Shown here: one piece after another, positions 33,670-43,169 of the stretch
How positions within the stretch are numbered: the stretch's first letter is position 1
How the letters are laid out: each line of letters opens with the position of its first letter
IMG/VR virus record: IMGVR_UViG_3300013947_000055
Location: 1-52,072 of that record
From: a virus
Reading direction: 5' to 3' (one strand)
DNA: 52,072 bases
Notes under the pieces: generated by a model
What the model was told of the DNA's origin: nothing
Databases searched by the model: none
The model's input: only the letters and a program-made list of their open reading frames with translations
Made by a program: the position numbers and the translations under genes

Positions 33670-34269
33670 TTACGAAACACTGGGAAGCTCGTCCATATAA
33701 GAGATCTTATAGGGGGCTTCACCAGTGTTGGGGGCGGAATTGATGGTGTACTCCGGGGCGCGGAATACGTTGTCCTCGCTGCTGAGCGCGACAGGCGTAC
33801 CCTGACAGTTCGGATATTCGATCTTCTCGTAACCTGTGCAGAGACCAGCAGCATTATAGATAGCCGAGTAGGCACACAGAACAAAGACCTCACCCTTGTC
33901 CTTAGAACCTGCAACAGGCGGCGTATAGGAGCTGACGCCAAAACCAGCATCAGTGTCACCCTCAGTGGTCTTCTCTTCACTGGTCCAGTACTTGACCGTA
34001 CCACCCTGAAGAATCTTGACGACCTCAGGATTGAAGACGTTATCCGTGAGCGTGATAGTGTTACCGGTGAGGGTCGTAGTGGTAGGCTTCTGAGCGATGA
34101 GAACACCCTTGACCACCAACTTGACCGCGTCCTGAGTGTCCGTCTGAGGACTGACCGCGATCTTGGAGGAAGTGTTCAAGCCGATCTCAGCGCCGTTGCT
34201 TGCCTTACTCTTGATGGTCACAAGGGACACATCAATCGTAGGGATCTCATGACCTTTCTTGAGAGCCAT
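33670..34269 (-). CDS. Major tail protein
   Basis: 199 aa, beta-rich; position after the head-tail connector set and before the chaperone. Confidence 0.65.
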   Translation of the reverse strand: MALKKGHEIPTIDVSLVTIKSKASNGAEIGLNTSSKIAVSPQTDTQDAVKLVVKGVLIAQKPTTTTLTGNTITLTDNVFNPEVVKILQGGTVKYWTSEEKTTEGDTDAGFGVSSYTPPVAGSKDKGEVFVLCAYSAIYNAAGLCTGYEKIEYPNCQGTPVALSSEDNVFRAPEYTINSAPNTGEAPYKISYMDELPSVS

Positions 34270-34283
34270 ATTGTACCTCCTTG

Positions 34284-34646
34284 TTAAATGATTTGTCTGT
34301 AATTTTTGTACTGCACACTGACCATGTGACCCTTGATAGTGTCATCGTAGAATGACTGGGTCTGAGTGTAGGTCGGCTTAATCATAGGGACAAGACCTTT
34401 CATGGCTTCCTTTACCTGTTCAAGGAAAGGCTCCAGTGTGCTAAAAGCATCCTTAGGGACGTAGCACATGATGTCGTAGTAAGTGATGGTGCTGGAAAAG
34501 TTGAGATATTTCGTGGTAGTTGCATCCTTTACCACAACATAAGGCTCAGTACACTCCCCTTGATGCTGAGTAGGGTAATACACCTTGAAGCCAGACTTCT
34601 TCAGGTGTAAGAAGATGTCCTGGATACGGCTCTGTGCCATAATCAA
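34284..34646 (-). CDS. Tail terminator/completion protein
   Basis: Position; coupled to neighbours. Confidence 0.45.
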   Translation of the reverse strand: MIMAQSRIQDIFLHLKKSGFKVYYPTQHQGECTEPYVVVKDATTTKYLNFSSTITYYDIMCYVPKDAFSTLEPFLEQVKEAMKGLVPMIKPTYTQTQSFYDDTIKGHMVSVQYKNYRQII

Positions 34647-34993
34647 CCCAGCCTTTCAAGGAGATTTTCAAACCCTGTCATGATGTCGTTGGAGTTGGCA
34701 AGGATCGTCGGCTGAATGATAGCGAACCGCTTCTCATTAGCCAGCTCAAGCCAAATACCGTAATCTACGCCATGGGACAGAGTTAGCTTGTAGACGCTGG
34801 ACTGTTTTGTAACGTCACAAGTCAGGCGCTGACGAGCGTGACCTGTACGGTCAGTCCAAGGTCGGTGTTCTTTAGCGTAATTTTGGAGCTGGAGGGCTGC
34901 CGTCTCTGCATAAGCCCAGATGGCAGACTCTCCTCTATCCTCGAATTCCATCAACCCAGAGAGTAAACCCTCTGCATCCAGCTTGAAGGCCAT
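34643..34993 (-). CDS. HK97 gp10-like tail-component protein
   Basis: AAALQLQNYAKEHRPWTDRTGHARQRL resembles the HK97 gp10 family signature. Confidence 0.55.
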   Translation of the reverse strand: MAFKLDAEGLLSGLMEFEDRGESAIWAYAETAALQLQNYAKEHRPWTDRTGHARQRLTCDVTKQSSVYKLTLSHGVDYGIWLELANEKRFAIIQPTILANSNDIMTGFENLLERLG

Positions 34994-34994
34994 C

Positions 34995-35363
34995 TTAGCC
35001 CACCTGCACTTCCTCTAAGGAAATGTCAGCGATAATGTTGGCCTCAGCCAGATTCTTGATCTCACCGATGATGTACTTCTTATCATTGTAGGTAAGAGTA
35101 TCCTTGTGCTGTAAGAGCTCTGCGCTCTCCCACAGACAAAGGATCATCGGGGAGGGCTTCCTACGGGTCGTGGAACCATCAGTGGCGTTCTTCTGAAGAT
35201 AGGAAGTCGTTTCGTGATATAGCCCCTTGCAACTCACAGTGGATACGACCACACCGTTAGGCTCACCAAACTCATTCTCACCCTCACGCTCGAACACAAA
35301 CCAGTTACCCAGAGTATTGATGGCTCGCCGAGTCTTGTTAAGCTGAAACGCGCTTGCGTACAA
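34995..35363 (-). CDS. Head closure/head-tail adaptor protein
   Basis: Position. Confidence 0.45.
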   Translation of the reverse strand: MYASAFQLNKTRRAINTLGNWFVFEREGENEFGEPNGVVVSTVSCKGLYHETTSYLQKNATDGSTTRRKPSPMILCLWESAELLQHKDTLTYNDKKYIIGEIKNLAEANIIADISLEEVQVG

Positions 35364-35364
35364 G

Positions 35365-35622
35365 TTAACCGCCTCCTTTGAGTACTCCGGAATTGTTTGG
35401 CCTGTACCGAGCAGCCAGACGACGGAAGTATTTGGAGCTGTCCCCAGTACTCAAACCAGAGACCTGAAGCTCCGTGTTCTCAGCCTTAATGAGCAGACAC
35501 TGGTAGGCTGTGAGACTGTAATCTCCGCCGTTTTCTCTTAGGTAGAACTCCAACTGTTCATCCGTGAAGAACGGGATGTCACTTTCCCGCAGTACAATCT
35601 TCAGATCTTCCAAGCTGCTCAT
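35365..35622 (-). CDS. gp6-like head-tail connector protein
   Basis: LEDLKIVLRESDIPFFTDEQLEFYL is typical of the N-terminus of this family; position. Confidence 0.5.
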   Translation of the reverse strand: MSSLEDLKIVLRESDIPFFTDEQLEFYLRENGGDYSLTAYQCLLIKAENTELQVSGLSTGDSSKYFRRLAARYRPNNSGVLKGGG

Positions 35623-35632
35623 AGGAGCCTCC

Positions 35633-36007
35633 TTAGTTCTTCAGATGCTCACGGATGATGCCGCGCAGCTCCTTCTTGGAGCGGATGCCCTCACGATTGA
35701 GACCAAGCTGGTCGGCGTAATCACAGAGCTCATCGTAGCCAAGCTCACTGAGAGGGACTTCGGAGTAGTCAACGGACTGCTCCTCGTCATCCTCAGACTC
35801 TTCCGGCTCAGACTCCTCAGAGTCCTCTTCCTCGTCCTCCTGCTGACCCAGATGAGGCGGCCGGAAGTCGTCGGGGGTATTGCTACCCCCATCGGCTTCG
35901 GTACTCAGAGAGGATCCTTCGAGGACGAATCCGGCCGGTTTGAACATGGTCTCGAATGCACTCTGGGAAACATCCAGAGTAATACGACCATTCGTAATGC
36001 GGATCAT
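35633..36007 (-). CDS. Hypothetical protein with acidic linker and Rho-N/HeH-like C-terminal motif
   Basis: LSELGYDELCDYADQLGLNREGIRSKKELRGIIREHL resembles the Rho_N/SAP-like helix-extension-helix. Confidence 0.45.
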   Translation of the reverse strand: MIRITNGRITLDVSQSAFETMFKPAGFVLEGSSLSTEADGGSNTPDDFRPPHLGQQEDEEEDSEESEPEESEDDEEQSVDYSEVPLSELGYDELCDYADQLGLNREGIRSKKELRGIIREHLKN

Positions 36008-36023
36008 CTCGATAGCCTCCTTA

Positions 36024-37064
36024 TCAGCCCTTCTTGACGTCGAGGAGGTAAACGCTGTCTGCGGACTCGAACGACGGCAGACAGATCATCGTGACCTTGG
36101 TCTCGACGTTGACAGGGTCAGCTTTCTGGATGGTGGTAACAGCCACACCCAGATCGGTGATGGACACGTTGGCGACCTTGCCACCCATCAGATCGGACTC
36201 CTCGGGGGTAGTACCGAACCACGTGTTACCCAGAGTACCCTCGGGGAACAGAGTGACCACATCGTCAGGGACGAACTGAGTCGCCGTACCAGCGTCGTTC
36301 TTGTAGCGCTTGCCATAGACGATGAGCTCCAGGCCGAGCTCGTCCATGAGATACTGACTCAGGCGGGCGTCAGACAGCGCCGTGACCTGACCATTGGACA
36401 GAACGAAGATGGACTTGATGATCTTCTGGTTGACACGGAGATAGCCCCAAGTCTTACGAGTGCAGACGCCGCGAGTGGGACGGACGCCGGTGTCATCCTC
36501 GATCTTGTCCATAGCGTTGCGCATATCCTCGATCGGGTCAGAGCTGGTGTCGGACCAAGAGGTGTCAACCTCGGACTTATGCGTGGAGGGGATACCGTAG
36601 TCATAGCTGTACGCCTGACCGTTAGCGGTGATGGCGATAGCGCCAGTGGTGAGAGCCATCATGCGCATCTGCTCACGACGGGCACGAGCACCCTCCAGGA
36701 GATGCATTTCGTCGGCAAAGACACGGTTCATGACGGAATCAATGTATGCCTGATTGCCGGTCTCGAGAACCATGTTGAGCTGCTGACGGAGCTCTTCGTC
36801 GATGTAAGTGCTCTCCTTGAAGAAGGGCATTTCGGTCTCCAGCTTGTCGAAGCCGATACGCGGACGGGGCACAGCACCCACATCAAACGCAGAGGGCTTG
36901 AGGACGACGGGCAGACCGTTCGCACCCTTGATCCAGTCGAGCTTCAGGCCGAGCTTCTTGTCGGCGGGGAACAGCTCCTCACCGAGGTAAGGAGGCATAT
37001 CCTGAGTATGCTCTTCCCAGTAAGCAGTGAGCTCAGGAGCTTTGACGAGGTCGAAAATAGTCAT
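36024..37064 (-). CDS. Major capsid protein (lambda gpE-like family)
   Basis: 346 aa; N-terminus MTIFDLVKAPELTAYWE; preceded by scaffold and decoration genes in lambda-like order. Confidence 0.75.
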   Translation of the reverse strand: MTIFDLVKAPELTAYWEEHTQDMPPYLGEELFPADKKLGLKLDWIKGANGLPVVLKPSAFDVGAVPRPRIGFDKLETEMPFFKESTYIDEELRQQLNMVLETGNQAYIDSVMNRVFADEMHLLEGARARREQMRMMALTTGAIAITANGQAYSYDYGIPSTHKSEVDTSWSDTSSDPIEDMRNAMDKIEDDTGVRPTRGVCTRKTWGYLRVNQKIIKSIFVLSNGQVTALSDARLSQYLMDELGLELIVYGKRYKNDAGTATQFVPDDVVTLFPEGTLGNTWFGTTPEESDLMGGKVANVSITDLGVAVTTIQKADPVNVETKVTMICLPSFESADSVYLLDVKKG

Positions 37065-37085
37065 TGTGTAGTTCTCCTTTCTTAC

Positions 37086-37490
37086 TTACTTGAGGAACTT
37101 GATGGACGGCATTTCGCCCTGACGAGTAGCCGTAAGCAGCGCTGCCGTGGTAGCGTCGATCTTGTTCAGATCAACGAAGCCCCAAATGAGCAGTGTGCCA
37201 TTGGTGTCACCATCAGTGACATCAACATCGTGCAGCAGCACACCCGTAGCGGGCTTGCCATTGGAAGCACCAGACTCAGCCGTGTTGTCTACGGCCTTGA
37301 CAAACGCAGTGTTACGCGCCGTCAGGCTGCCAGACAGGGGAGTGCCAGCGGGAACGATCTTGCGACCGTCGCGGGTGACGGAATAACCGTCGTCGACCAC
37401 GATGCTGACCGAGACCTGATTCTGCACGTCAAACAGAATCTGGACAGGCGCTGCACCAGTGGTCTTCTTGATACCAGTCTTGTTGAACAT
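37086..37490 (-). CDS. Head decoration protein (gpD-like)
   Basis: 134 aa immediately upstream of a gpE-like capsid gene; GVLLHDVDVTDGDTNGTLLIWGFVD fits the pattern. Confidence 0.5.
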   Translation of the reverse strand: MFNKTGIKKTTGAAPVQILFDVQNQVSVSIVVDDGYSVTRDGRKIVPAGTPLSGSLTARNTAFVKAVDNTAESGASNGKPATGVLLHDVDVTDGDTNGTLLIWGFVDLNKIDATTAALLTATRQGEMPSIKFLK

Positions 37491-37513
37491 TGATTTTCCT
37501 CCTTGTTCATGAT

Positions 37514-38158
37514 TTATTTTGTGAAGTAGCTACTCTTCACACTGGTTTTGTGTGCCTTGGCAAGTCTCTGGCCAAGACCTTCCGCTCCAGCGGACTGTTT
37601 ACGCTTAGGATTCGTGGAGCCTCCAGTACCTGAGCTACCCTTGTCTTCACCAAAGAATGCGGGGTACTTTTCCTTGAGGCTGGTGAGCACCTGTTCAATG
37701 GTGGTGTTCTCATTAACCTTGCCAAGAGCCAAGGTAATGACATCTTCGACCGAATCAGGATTAACACCTGCCTTGAGGGCTGCAACCTGCATTTCGAGTC
37801 GGGATGCTTTGGCGTTAGCCTCATCACGGGCAGTCTCGGCGGCTTTCTTAGCCTCAGCATCGAGCTGAGCCTGAGTCTTACCAGCGTCAAGAGTCTTCTT
37901 GAGGTCTGCGACCGTCTGCTTGTAGGCTTTCTCATCCTTGAGCTCAATGCCCAAATCCTTGAGCAGAGCCTGACGCGCCGTGCGCTTCTCATTCGCCATC
38001 ATGGCGTTGATCTGCTCCTGCGTGTAGGTCTTACCAGCAGGGGGATCCTGAGGCGGGTCAGCCGGAGGATCGGCGGTCGGATCGGCGGTAGGGTCTTCAG
38101 GGGGATCAGCAAAGAGTTGAAGACCGACGCCTTTGAGTGTAGTCAGATACTTTTCCAT
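37514..38158 (-). CDS. Capsid scaffolding protein (DUF4355-like)
   Basis: RBS aaggagg before ATG 38158 (the ORF-track extension to 38272 overlaps the upstream gene); LQLFADPPEDPTADP..., alpha-helical Lys/Glu/Ala-rich body. Confidence 0.7.
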   Translation of the reverse strand: MEKYLTTLKGVGLQLFADPPEDPTADPTADPPADPPQDPPAGKTYTQEQINAMMANEKRTARQALLKDLGIELKDEKAYKQTVADLKKTLDAGKTQAQLDAEAKKAAETARDEANAKASRLEMQVAALKAGVNPDSVEDVITLALGKVNENTTIEQVLTSLKEKYPAFFGEDKGSSGTGGSTNPKRKQSAGAEGLGQRLAKAHKTSVKSSYFTK

Positions 38159-38183
38159 AGGTTCCTCCTTACAATATCCATGT

Positions 38184-38582
38184 TCATCGCACATGGTAGC
38201 GATAATCCAGTTGATAAGTATCACCGTCAAGCTGGTAAACGGCTTCATTAAACTCCGGAGCGTGCTGTTCACGCTTGAAGTCTAATTTCCTGTTGAGTTT
38301 GAGGAGCTGGTTCTGGAGCTTTTTGGGCACGGGCTTGTGCCTGTTAAGGTAGCTGAGCTTTCTAAGGTACAACCACTTTACTGAGCTCAGCAGCTCCTTG
38401 GTCTCCCAGTCGTCCACGATCACCGCGTAGGACTTACCACAGTGCGGGCAGTTTACGAACGTCACATCGCACTTACACTCAGCGCCGCTCTTTAACTGAA
38501 GGGTGAGCTGCTTCTCCTCGAGAATCTGAGGGATTACCTGGATCTCCCCCTGACAGAGGTCACAGTGTGTGATATTCGTCAT
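38184..38582 (-). CDS. Hypothetical zinc-ribbon protein
   Basis: CDLCQG...CPHCGK; own promoter and aaggagg RBS. Confidence 0.6.
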   Translation of the reverse strand: MTNITHCDLCQGEIQVIPQILEEKQLTLQLKSGAECKCDVTFVNCPHCGKSYAVIVDDWETKELLSSVKWLYLRKLSYLNRHKPVPKKLQNQLLKLNRKLDFKREQHAPEFNEAVYQLDGDTYQLDYRYHVR

Positions 38583-38643
38583 AAATCGACGCCTCCTTTA
38601 TTTATATGTGTGAAAATAATACTATTAGTATATTTCCGGAAAT

Positions 38644-38672
38644 ATTATACTATATGTTTTCGAAAAAGTAAA
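38644..38672 (-). promoter_or_regulatory. Promoter gcTTTACTttttcgaaa-N-TATAAT
   Basis: Minus strand: -35 TTTACT (38667..38672), 17-nt spacer, -10 TATAAT (38644..38649); palindrome atactattagtat at 38619..38631 just downstream. Confidence 0.7.
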
Positions 38673-38692
38673 GCCCCTTTTTCAGGGGCTTT
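38670..38692 (-). terminator. Rho-independent terminator overlapping the -35 of the next promoter
   Basis: aaagcccc-N7-ggggcttt; on the minus strand it is followed by actttttcg. Confidence 0.65.
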
Positions 38693-38718
38693 ACAAGATT
38701 GAGGAAAATATTTTCATT

Positions 38719-39570
38719 TTACCCGACGTTTTCGACGATGAAGTCGGCCACCTGTTTCAAATGGTCTCTCTCCGTCCTCTGAAGGACGCTCAGCCACTCC
38801 GACGGGATCTGGGTACACCCACACCGAGCTCCAGCTAAACCGCCCGCCAGCGCCGCGATGGTGTCCGAGTCGCCACCGTCATTCACCGCCGCGATGATGG
38901 TGTCCCGGAACGTGCGCCCGCCTCGGTTCCACCAGATGGCGTTCCGGAGGGTATTCTCCACGTGACCGGTAGGAGTAGTCTTGGTCAGCGGCGGGAGAGC
39001 GTTGCTCGGGGCGAGCTTGGTGAGGCACGTCCACAGAGCGTGATAGTACTGCCGGACTGCGTAGTCACAGATGTCGTTGGTGTGAGTAAGCTGAGACTGC
39101 ATCACAGCCAGCTCCTCCTGACCCATCAGGCACGGCACGAGACATCTCATCAGGCCACCATTGCCAAGGTCTTGAATCTTACAGGACTTCTGACTGAACT
39201 CGTTGTTCCAAGACCAGTCATTCCAAGGTTTACCCTCGTTACGGATAATAGACCGGTAACAGGTGTTGCCCACATCCTTCGGCTTGGTAGCAAGCCAGTT
39301 CTCAAAGTTTGTGCAGATGCCCTGCATAACGGTGTTCTCGTTAGGCCAGTTGTCCATGATGGCGTCAGCCACACAGAGAGTCATCTGAGTATCGTCAGTG
39401 ACCTCTCCGGCCTTGAGCTGTAACCAACCGCCACCAATAATCTGGTCAACCTGACCGTACCGAGCTTGGATGTTTGCAGCAGTCATGAACTCAGTGGTAG
39501 CACCCATGGCGTCACCGATAGCGAACCCGTACAGAGCTCCAAGGACTTTATCGTACTTTAAGGTATTCAT
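38719..39570 (-). CDS. ADP-ribosylglycohydrolase (DraG/ARH family)
   Basis: RBS gggaggagg; N-terminal GALYGFAIGDAMGATTEF signature; C-terminal GGDSDTIAALAGGLAGA metal-binding motif. Confidence 0.85.
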   Translation of the reverse strand: MNTLKYDKVLGALYGFAIGDAMGATTEFMTAANIQARYGQVDQIIGGGWLQLKAGEVTDDTQMTLCVADAIMDNWPNENTVMQGICTNFENWLATKPKDVGNTCYRSIIRNEGKPWNDWSWNNEFSQKSCKIQDLGNGGLMRCLVPCLMGQEELAVMQSQLTHTNDICDYAVRQYYHALWTCLTKLAPSNALPPLTKTTPTGHVENTLRNAIWWNRGGRTFRDTIIAAVNDGGDSDTIAALAGGLAGARCGCTQIPSEWLSVLQRTERDHLKQVADFIVENVG

Positions 39571-39772
39571 CACAGGATCCTCCTCCCAAGACTTTAGTCG
39601 GCTTCAGGGTAAACTTCTTACAGCGAGCAGTATTACCAAAGACCTTATTGTCAGGGAATCTGTAGCCACAGTCCTTACAAACGAGATCGTTGTTGGTGAT
39701 ACGCACGCAAGCCCGAGCCTCAGATGCGATACGCTGCTTCATGCTCTTGTCAGAGCTTTTCTTAGCACTCAT
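39548..39772 (-). CDS. Hypothetical zinc-ribbon protein
   Basis: VCKDCGY...ARCKKF...GGGSCDEY; own consensus promoter and aaggagg RBS. Confidence 0.55.
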   Translation of the reverse strand: MSAKKSSDKSMKQRIASEARACVRITNNDLVCKDCGYRFPDNKVFGNTARCKKFTLKPTKVLGGGSCDEYLKVR

Positions 39773-39801
39773 ATTGTAGCCTCCTTGTAATTGATGAAAC
39801 C

Positions 39802-39830
39802 ATTATATACTATCTTCTTGCAAAAAGCAA
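39802..39830 (-). promoter_or_regulatory. Promoter gcTTGCTT-N17-TATAAT
   Basis: Minus strand: -35 TTGCTT (39825..39830), spacer tttgcaagaagatagta, -10 TATAAT (39802..39807). Confidence 0.7.
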
Positions 39831-39839
39831 GCACTATTT

Positions 39840-41420
39840 TTACGGAAGTATCTCCAGATACATACGGATGCTTGAACTCATGTGACCGTCAGACTCCTCA
39901 ATCCTTAGAATTCGTACCTGTGTGCCAGCATTCAAGAGAGTCTCACCCTCTGCTGTACCGAATTGAGAAATACCCATAATGGACGACGCCTGTGTACCCT
40001 CAGGGGCATAGAACACAACTTCAACTGGACCAGAAAAGCCCTTGTCCCACATGGATGAGGTACTCGTAAAACCCTTGTACTCACCAATAGTGTTTGCATA
40101 CAGCTTGTTGAGCTTACTTGCAGACATCTGTTCGAGTTCCCACTGGGTCTGGTCAAAATCCTTTGCACCGATAAGGCCAGCCAGATCGCCAAGGTCTGTA
40201 CCCCGTCTAAGGACGGCAGGACGTTCAAAGGCAGACTTTGAGAGCGCTTGCTTTGCAGCTTCGATCTGTTCAGCTTCTCCAGGTCTAAGGTCAGACCGAG
40301 TACCTCTCAAGTACCCGTTCCAGCGTCTATAGGAGCTGCCTGTATACGTGCGGAGTGCATCCTTTTCGACACCTGTAAACTTCTCAAAGTTGGCTGCCTC
40401 AATGTCGAGCATGTCCTGAAGCTCAACCTGTTTGATGATGTTAGTCCAGTCCTCGGCAGAAGGGATGTTACCACTTGTGTTAGCCATCTGGGACGCCCGC
40501 TGCACGTTAGGGAGATTCTTTGCATCAACCCCCATGCTCTCCAGCCACTTGTCTATATCCGAGTCGGCGTTACCCAAAGCCCAGTCAGCCAGCCGGTTAG
40601 AAATATCAACCATATTCCCACTGAGCACGGCCTCAAAGGTACACATTCCATTAGGATGGTCGAGTGGGAGTTTATCCTTGGGATAGTGCTGACCATCACG
40701 AGCCGCACAGATCTCACACATCCGCTCACCACCAGACGACAGCCAGATGTACTCTGTCACGAAGGGATTATTCTGGGTCGTCCTAACGAATGCCTGTTGA
40801 TAGGCATGGGATACCATGGTGCGAGCCAACCTCTGTGCAGAGTAGTCCACCTTACGCCTTGTACCGGGATAGACCTTGTTCCAGTCCCAGTCCTTCCTTG
40901 CGTCTGGTTTTAGGTACTTCTCCAAATCCTTGGCAATATCGTAAGCACTCTTGTTGGCTGCTATACCTGTAGCGACCACTGTGTTGATGTCGTACTGGGT
41001 CTTCATGTGGTCTTTCCAGAGGGCACGGCTCAGTGACCATTTACCCTCATAAAGCTGACCCGTAGCCACCATCTTGACGATCTCAGTCGGGACTTTGGAG
41101 TAAGCACCCTCAATGGTAAGGCCAACATTCTTGAGGAACTGTAAGTTGTCCTTGACCACTGCCTGAGCAGCCGACTCCATGTTGTCATAGATCTCACCCT
41201 TGAGAGCTTGCTCAGCAGTGGTAAGTTGTGCTTTAAGTTCCTTCTTGAGCTTATTGAGCTCGGACTTGTACAGAGGAGAGGACGGCGTGTTAGGCAAAGA
41301 CCTCGCCTTTCTACCAACAGACAGAGCAGCATTCTTGTAGATCTGGGCAATATGCTTCTGCTGCTTCTGGGTCAGGCTGACCCTTGCCTGTTGCGCTGTA
41401 TTCAAGTTGAGCTTTGCCAT
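39840..41420 (-). CDS. MuF/SPP1 gp7-like minor head protein fused to a C-terminal ADP-ribosyltransferase toxin domain
   Basis: Position right after the portal. N-terminal half with CEICAARDGQHYP (MuF-like). C-terminal ART triad: YTGSSYRRWNGYLRG...VLRRGTD (Arg), GFTSTSS (STS), TAEGETLL (ExE). Confidence 0.8.
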   Translation of the reverse strand: MAKLNLNTAQQARVSLTQKQQKHIAQIYKNAALSVGRKARSLPNTPSSPLYKSELNKLKKELKAQLTTAEQALKGEIYDNMESAAQAVVKDNLQFLKNVGLTIEGAYSKVPTEIVKMVATGQLYEGKWSLSRALWKDHMKTQYDINTVVATGIAANKSAYDIAKDLEKYLKPDARKDWDWNKVYPGTRRKVDYSAQRLARTMVSHAYQQAFVRTTQNNPFVTEYIWLSSGGERMCEICAARDGQHYPKDKLPLDHPNGMCTFEAVLSGNMVDISNRLADWALGNADSDIDKWLESMGVDAKNLPNVQRASQMANTSGNIPSAEDWTNIIKQVELQDMLDIEAANFEKFTGVEKDALRTYTGSSYRRWNGYLRGTRSDLRPGEAEQIEAAKQALSKSAFERPAVLRRGTDLGDLAGLIGAKDFDQTQWELEQMSASKLNKLYANTIGEYKGFTSTSSMWDKGFSGPVEVVFYAPEGTQASSIMGISQFGTAEGETLLNAGTQVRILRIEESDGHMSSSIRMYLEILP

Positions 41421-41430
41421 GTGTCACACC

Positions 41431-42930
41431 TCACCCTTCTAAGGATTCACCTGTTGGATTCTGTACGAAGCTGTCTTCAAGGATCTGACGCTCCAAGGCG
41501 ATCTGCCGCAGCTCTTCGTCGGCCTCGTCATCAGTAAGGTTGCGCCATTTCTTCATGTAGGCTTTCTTGGACATGGTCTGCGCCGTAACCTCAGACAAGT
41601 CGGTCTGCTTCTCTTCGGCCTCGTCCTCAGGGAGCGGGTACTGGTTGTCCACACGGACAGAGTATTGATCGTCAGGCAAAGTGTCCTCAATGTAGAACTT
41701 AGCTGCCTCCGGATACAGACGAGCACCCTCAATGATGCACTGTACCATGAACTCCAGCGCCGGACGCCAAACCAACATCTTCTCCTCACAGCGGACAATC
41801 AGATCCCAGTAGATAGCCTTAAGAGTCTTACCCGAAGAGACAACACCCTTCATGGCCTCGGGGCTGACGTTAGGAACAGCACACTGCTCATACATGGTAT
41901 TCTTGATACGGTCAAGTGTACTTGTAAGAGCCGAGCTGTAACTCATCTGAGTGTCCAGCACACCGACTTGTGCATACGTGTCAGAGGCTCTGTTCTGGTC
42001 AGATGCAATGTCCCAGAATGCGCCCGCCGAGATGCTGAGGTCCTTTGTACTCTCAGGGGAAGCGTCGATCGTGTAGCGAATAGGATTCATGCCTTTGCGC
42101 TCAGCATCCATGTCTGCACCGGCAAGACGGCTGTACCAACTTTCATAATTTGCAAGCTGCTCAATCTCAGACACGCCGATCAGGTCACCACTCAAGCCAT
42201 CATTCACAATGACGCAAGCCGGAATGAACTCAAACAGAGTATTGGTCGGCTCAGAGATGGTCTCAACCAGAGCGCCAAGACCATCATAAACCTCCTCAGA
42301 GTACCAGCACACGCCGTTCTCTAACCAGTACTTCTTCTTGTAAATGCGCTGATCCTGCTTGGACTTCTCGTCGTTGATGCTGTAAAAGGCAACGATCTTC
42401 GTGAGCTTGTTGTAATCACTGGGATCAACATCATATACAAACTCCAGGCTCGGCAGGAAGCTCACCTGAATGCCTGTGTCCACGTTGACATTGTACATCA
42501 TAGCCACACGTTTGCCGATGAAGCAGTCCTTTGCAGCCTGAAGCAACGCGCTCTTGAACTTGTTCTTCTTAAGGACTTCATTCACGAGGTTCTGGTAGAT
42601 CGTAGAGGTCTCCTGTGCAGTCTGTCTGTCTTCCTTGGAATCACCAAGATTGACATCAACCCAGATGTCTGGGGACTTGGAGAACAGGAATCGTGCCTCT
42701 TTGTCCAGTAGTGCTCTGGACGTTTTGTAGCGCAGATCAGCCGGAGTGTAGTCTCCGTTGCTGTCAGTGGTGAATTCTGCACCAGTCTCATAAATGCTGT
42801 AGAGCTTGATGATGTCGTACATATCCCTAAGGACAGCCGAGCCATACAGACCCTCGAGCTCATTCTTGATGAGACCTGTAGGAATATTTAAGAGTCTTGT
42901 AACGTCAATAAAAACAGGTTCAGTAGCCAT
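41431..42930 (-). CDS. Portal protein (SPP1 gp6-like size class)
   Basis: RBS ggaggtg 6 nt before ATG 42930; about 500 aa between terminase and MuF genes. Confidence 0.75.
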   Translation of the reverse strand: MATEPVFIDVTRLLNIPTGLIKNELEGLYGSAVLRDMYDIIKLYSIYETGAEFTTDSNGDYTPADLRYKTSRALLDKEARFLFSKSPDIWVDVNLGDSKEDRQTAQETSTIYQNLVNEVLKKNKFKSALLQAAKDCFIGKRVAMMYNVNVDTGIQVSFLPSLEFVYDVDPSDYNKLTKIVAFYSINDEKSKQDQRIYKKKYWLENGVCWYSEEVYDGLGALVETISEPTNTLFEFIPACVIVNDGLSGDLIGVSEIEQLANYESWYSRLAGADMDAERKGMNPIRYTIDASPESTKDLSISAGAFWDIASDQNRASDTYAQVGVLDTQMSYSSALTSTLDRIKNTMYEQCAVPNVSPEAMKGVVSSGKTLKAIYWDLIVRCEEKMLVWRPALEFMVQCIIEGARLYPEAAKFYIEDTLPDDQYSVRVDNQYPLPEDEAEEKQTDLSEVTAQTMSKKAYMKKWRNLTDDEADEELRQIALERQILEDSFVQNPTGESLEG

Positions 42931-42968
42931 GTAAGTCACCTCCATTTGGTCCATGGCAGAGTATTATT

Positions 42969-43169
42969 TTACTTGTTGTCGAGTGCGTCCTGGTTCTTCT
43001 GGGACTGAGTGCCGAAGTAGAATGCGATGATAGAGCTGTAGACCATCATAAATTGCTCAGCAGAGATTCTGTCCATAACGAAACCGAACACCATTGCGCC
43101 GGTAGCGATGATGGTCACGATGCTCTTCACGCTCAAAAGATTAGCCAGCCGTTTCTTCATCAGATCCAT
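42969..43169 (-). CDS. Small membrane protein
   Basis: Two hydrophobic helices (IVTIIATGAMVFGFVM; MMVYSSIIAFYFG). Confidence 0.5.
   Translation of the reverse strand: MDLMKKRLANLLSVKSIVTIIATGAMVFGFVMDRISAEQFMMVYSSIIAFYFGTQSQKNQDALDNK

Noticed and set aside
35880-37493. 537-aa plus-strand ORF, the longest on that strand in the late region
   Set aside because: It is antisense to the capsid, decoration and scaffold genes, which have recognisable family features and RBSs. It has an Arg/Leu/Gly-rich composition typical of the shadow frame of GC3-rich genes, and no RBS.
37514-38272. Long version of the scaffold ORF (252 aa). Similar N-terminally extended ORF-track models are 27676..28167, 19620..20060, 41431..42954 and 49525..50004
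   Set aside because: The extensions overlap upstream genes or contain the RBS. Internal ATGs with aaggagg-type RBSs at 38158, 27894, 20042, 42930 and 49831 fit better.
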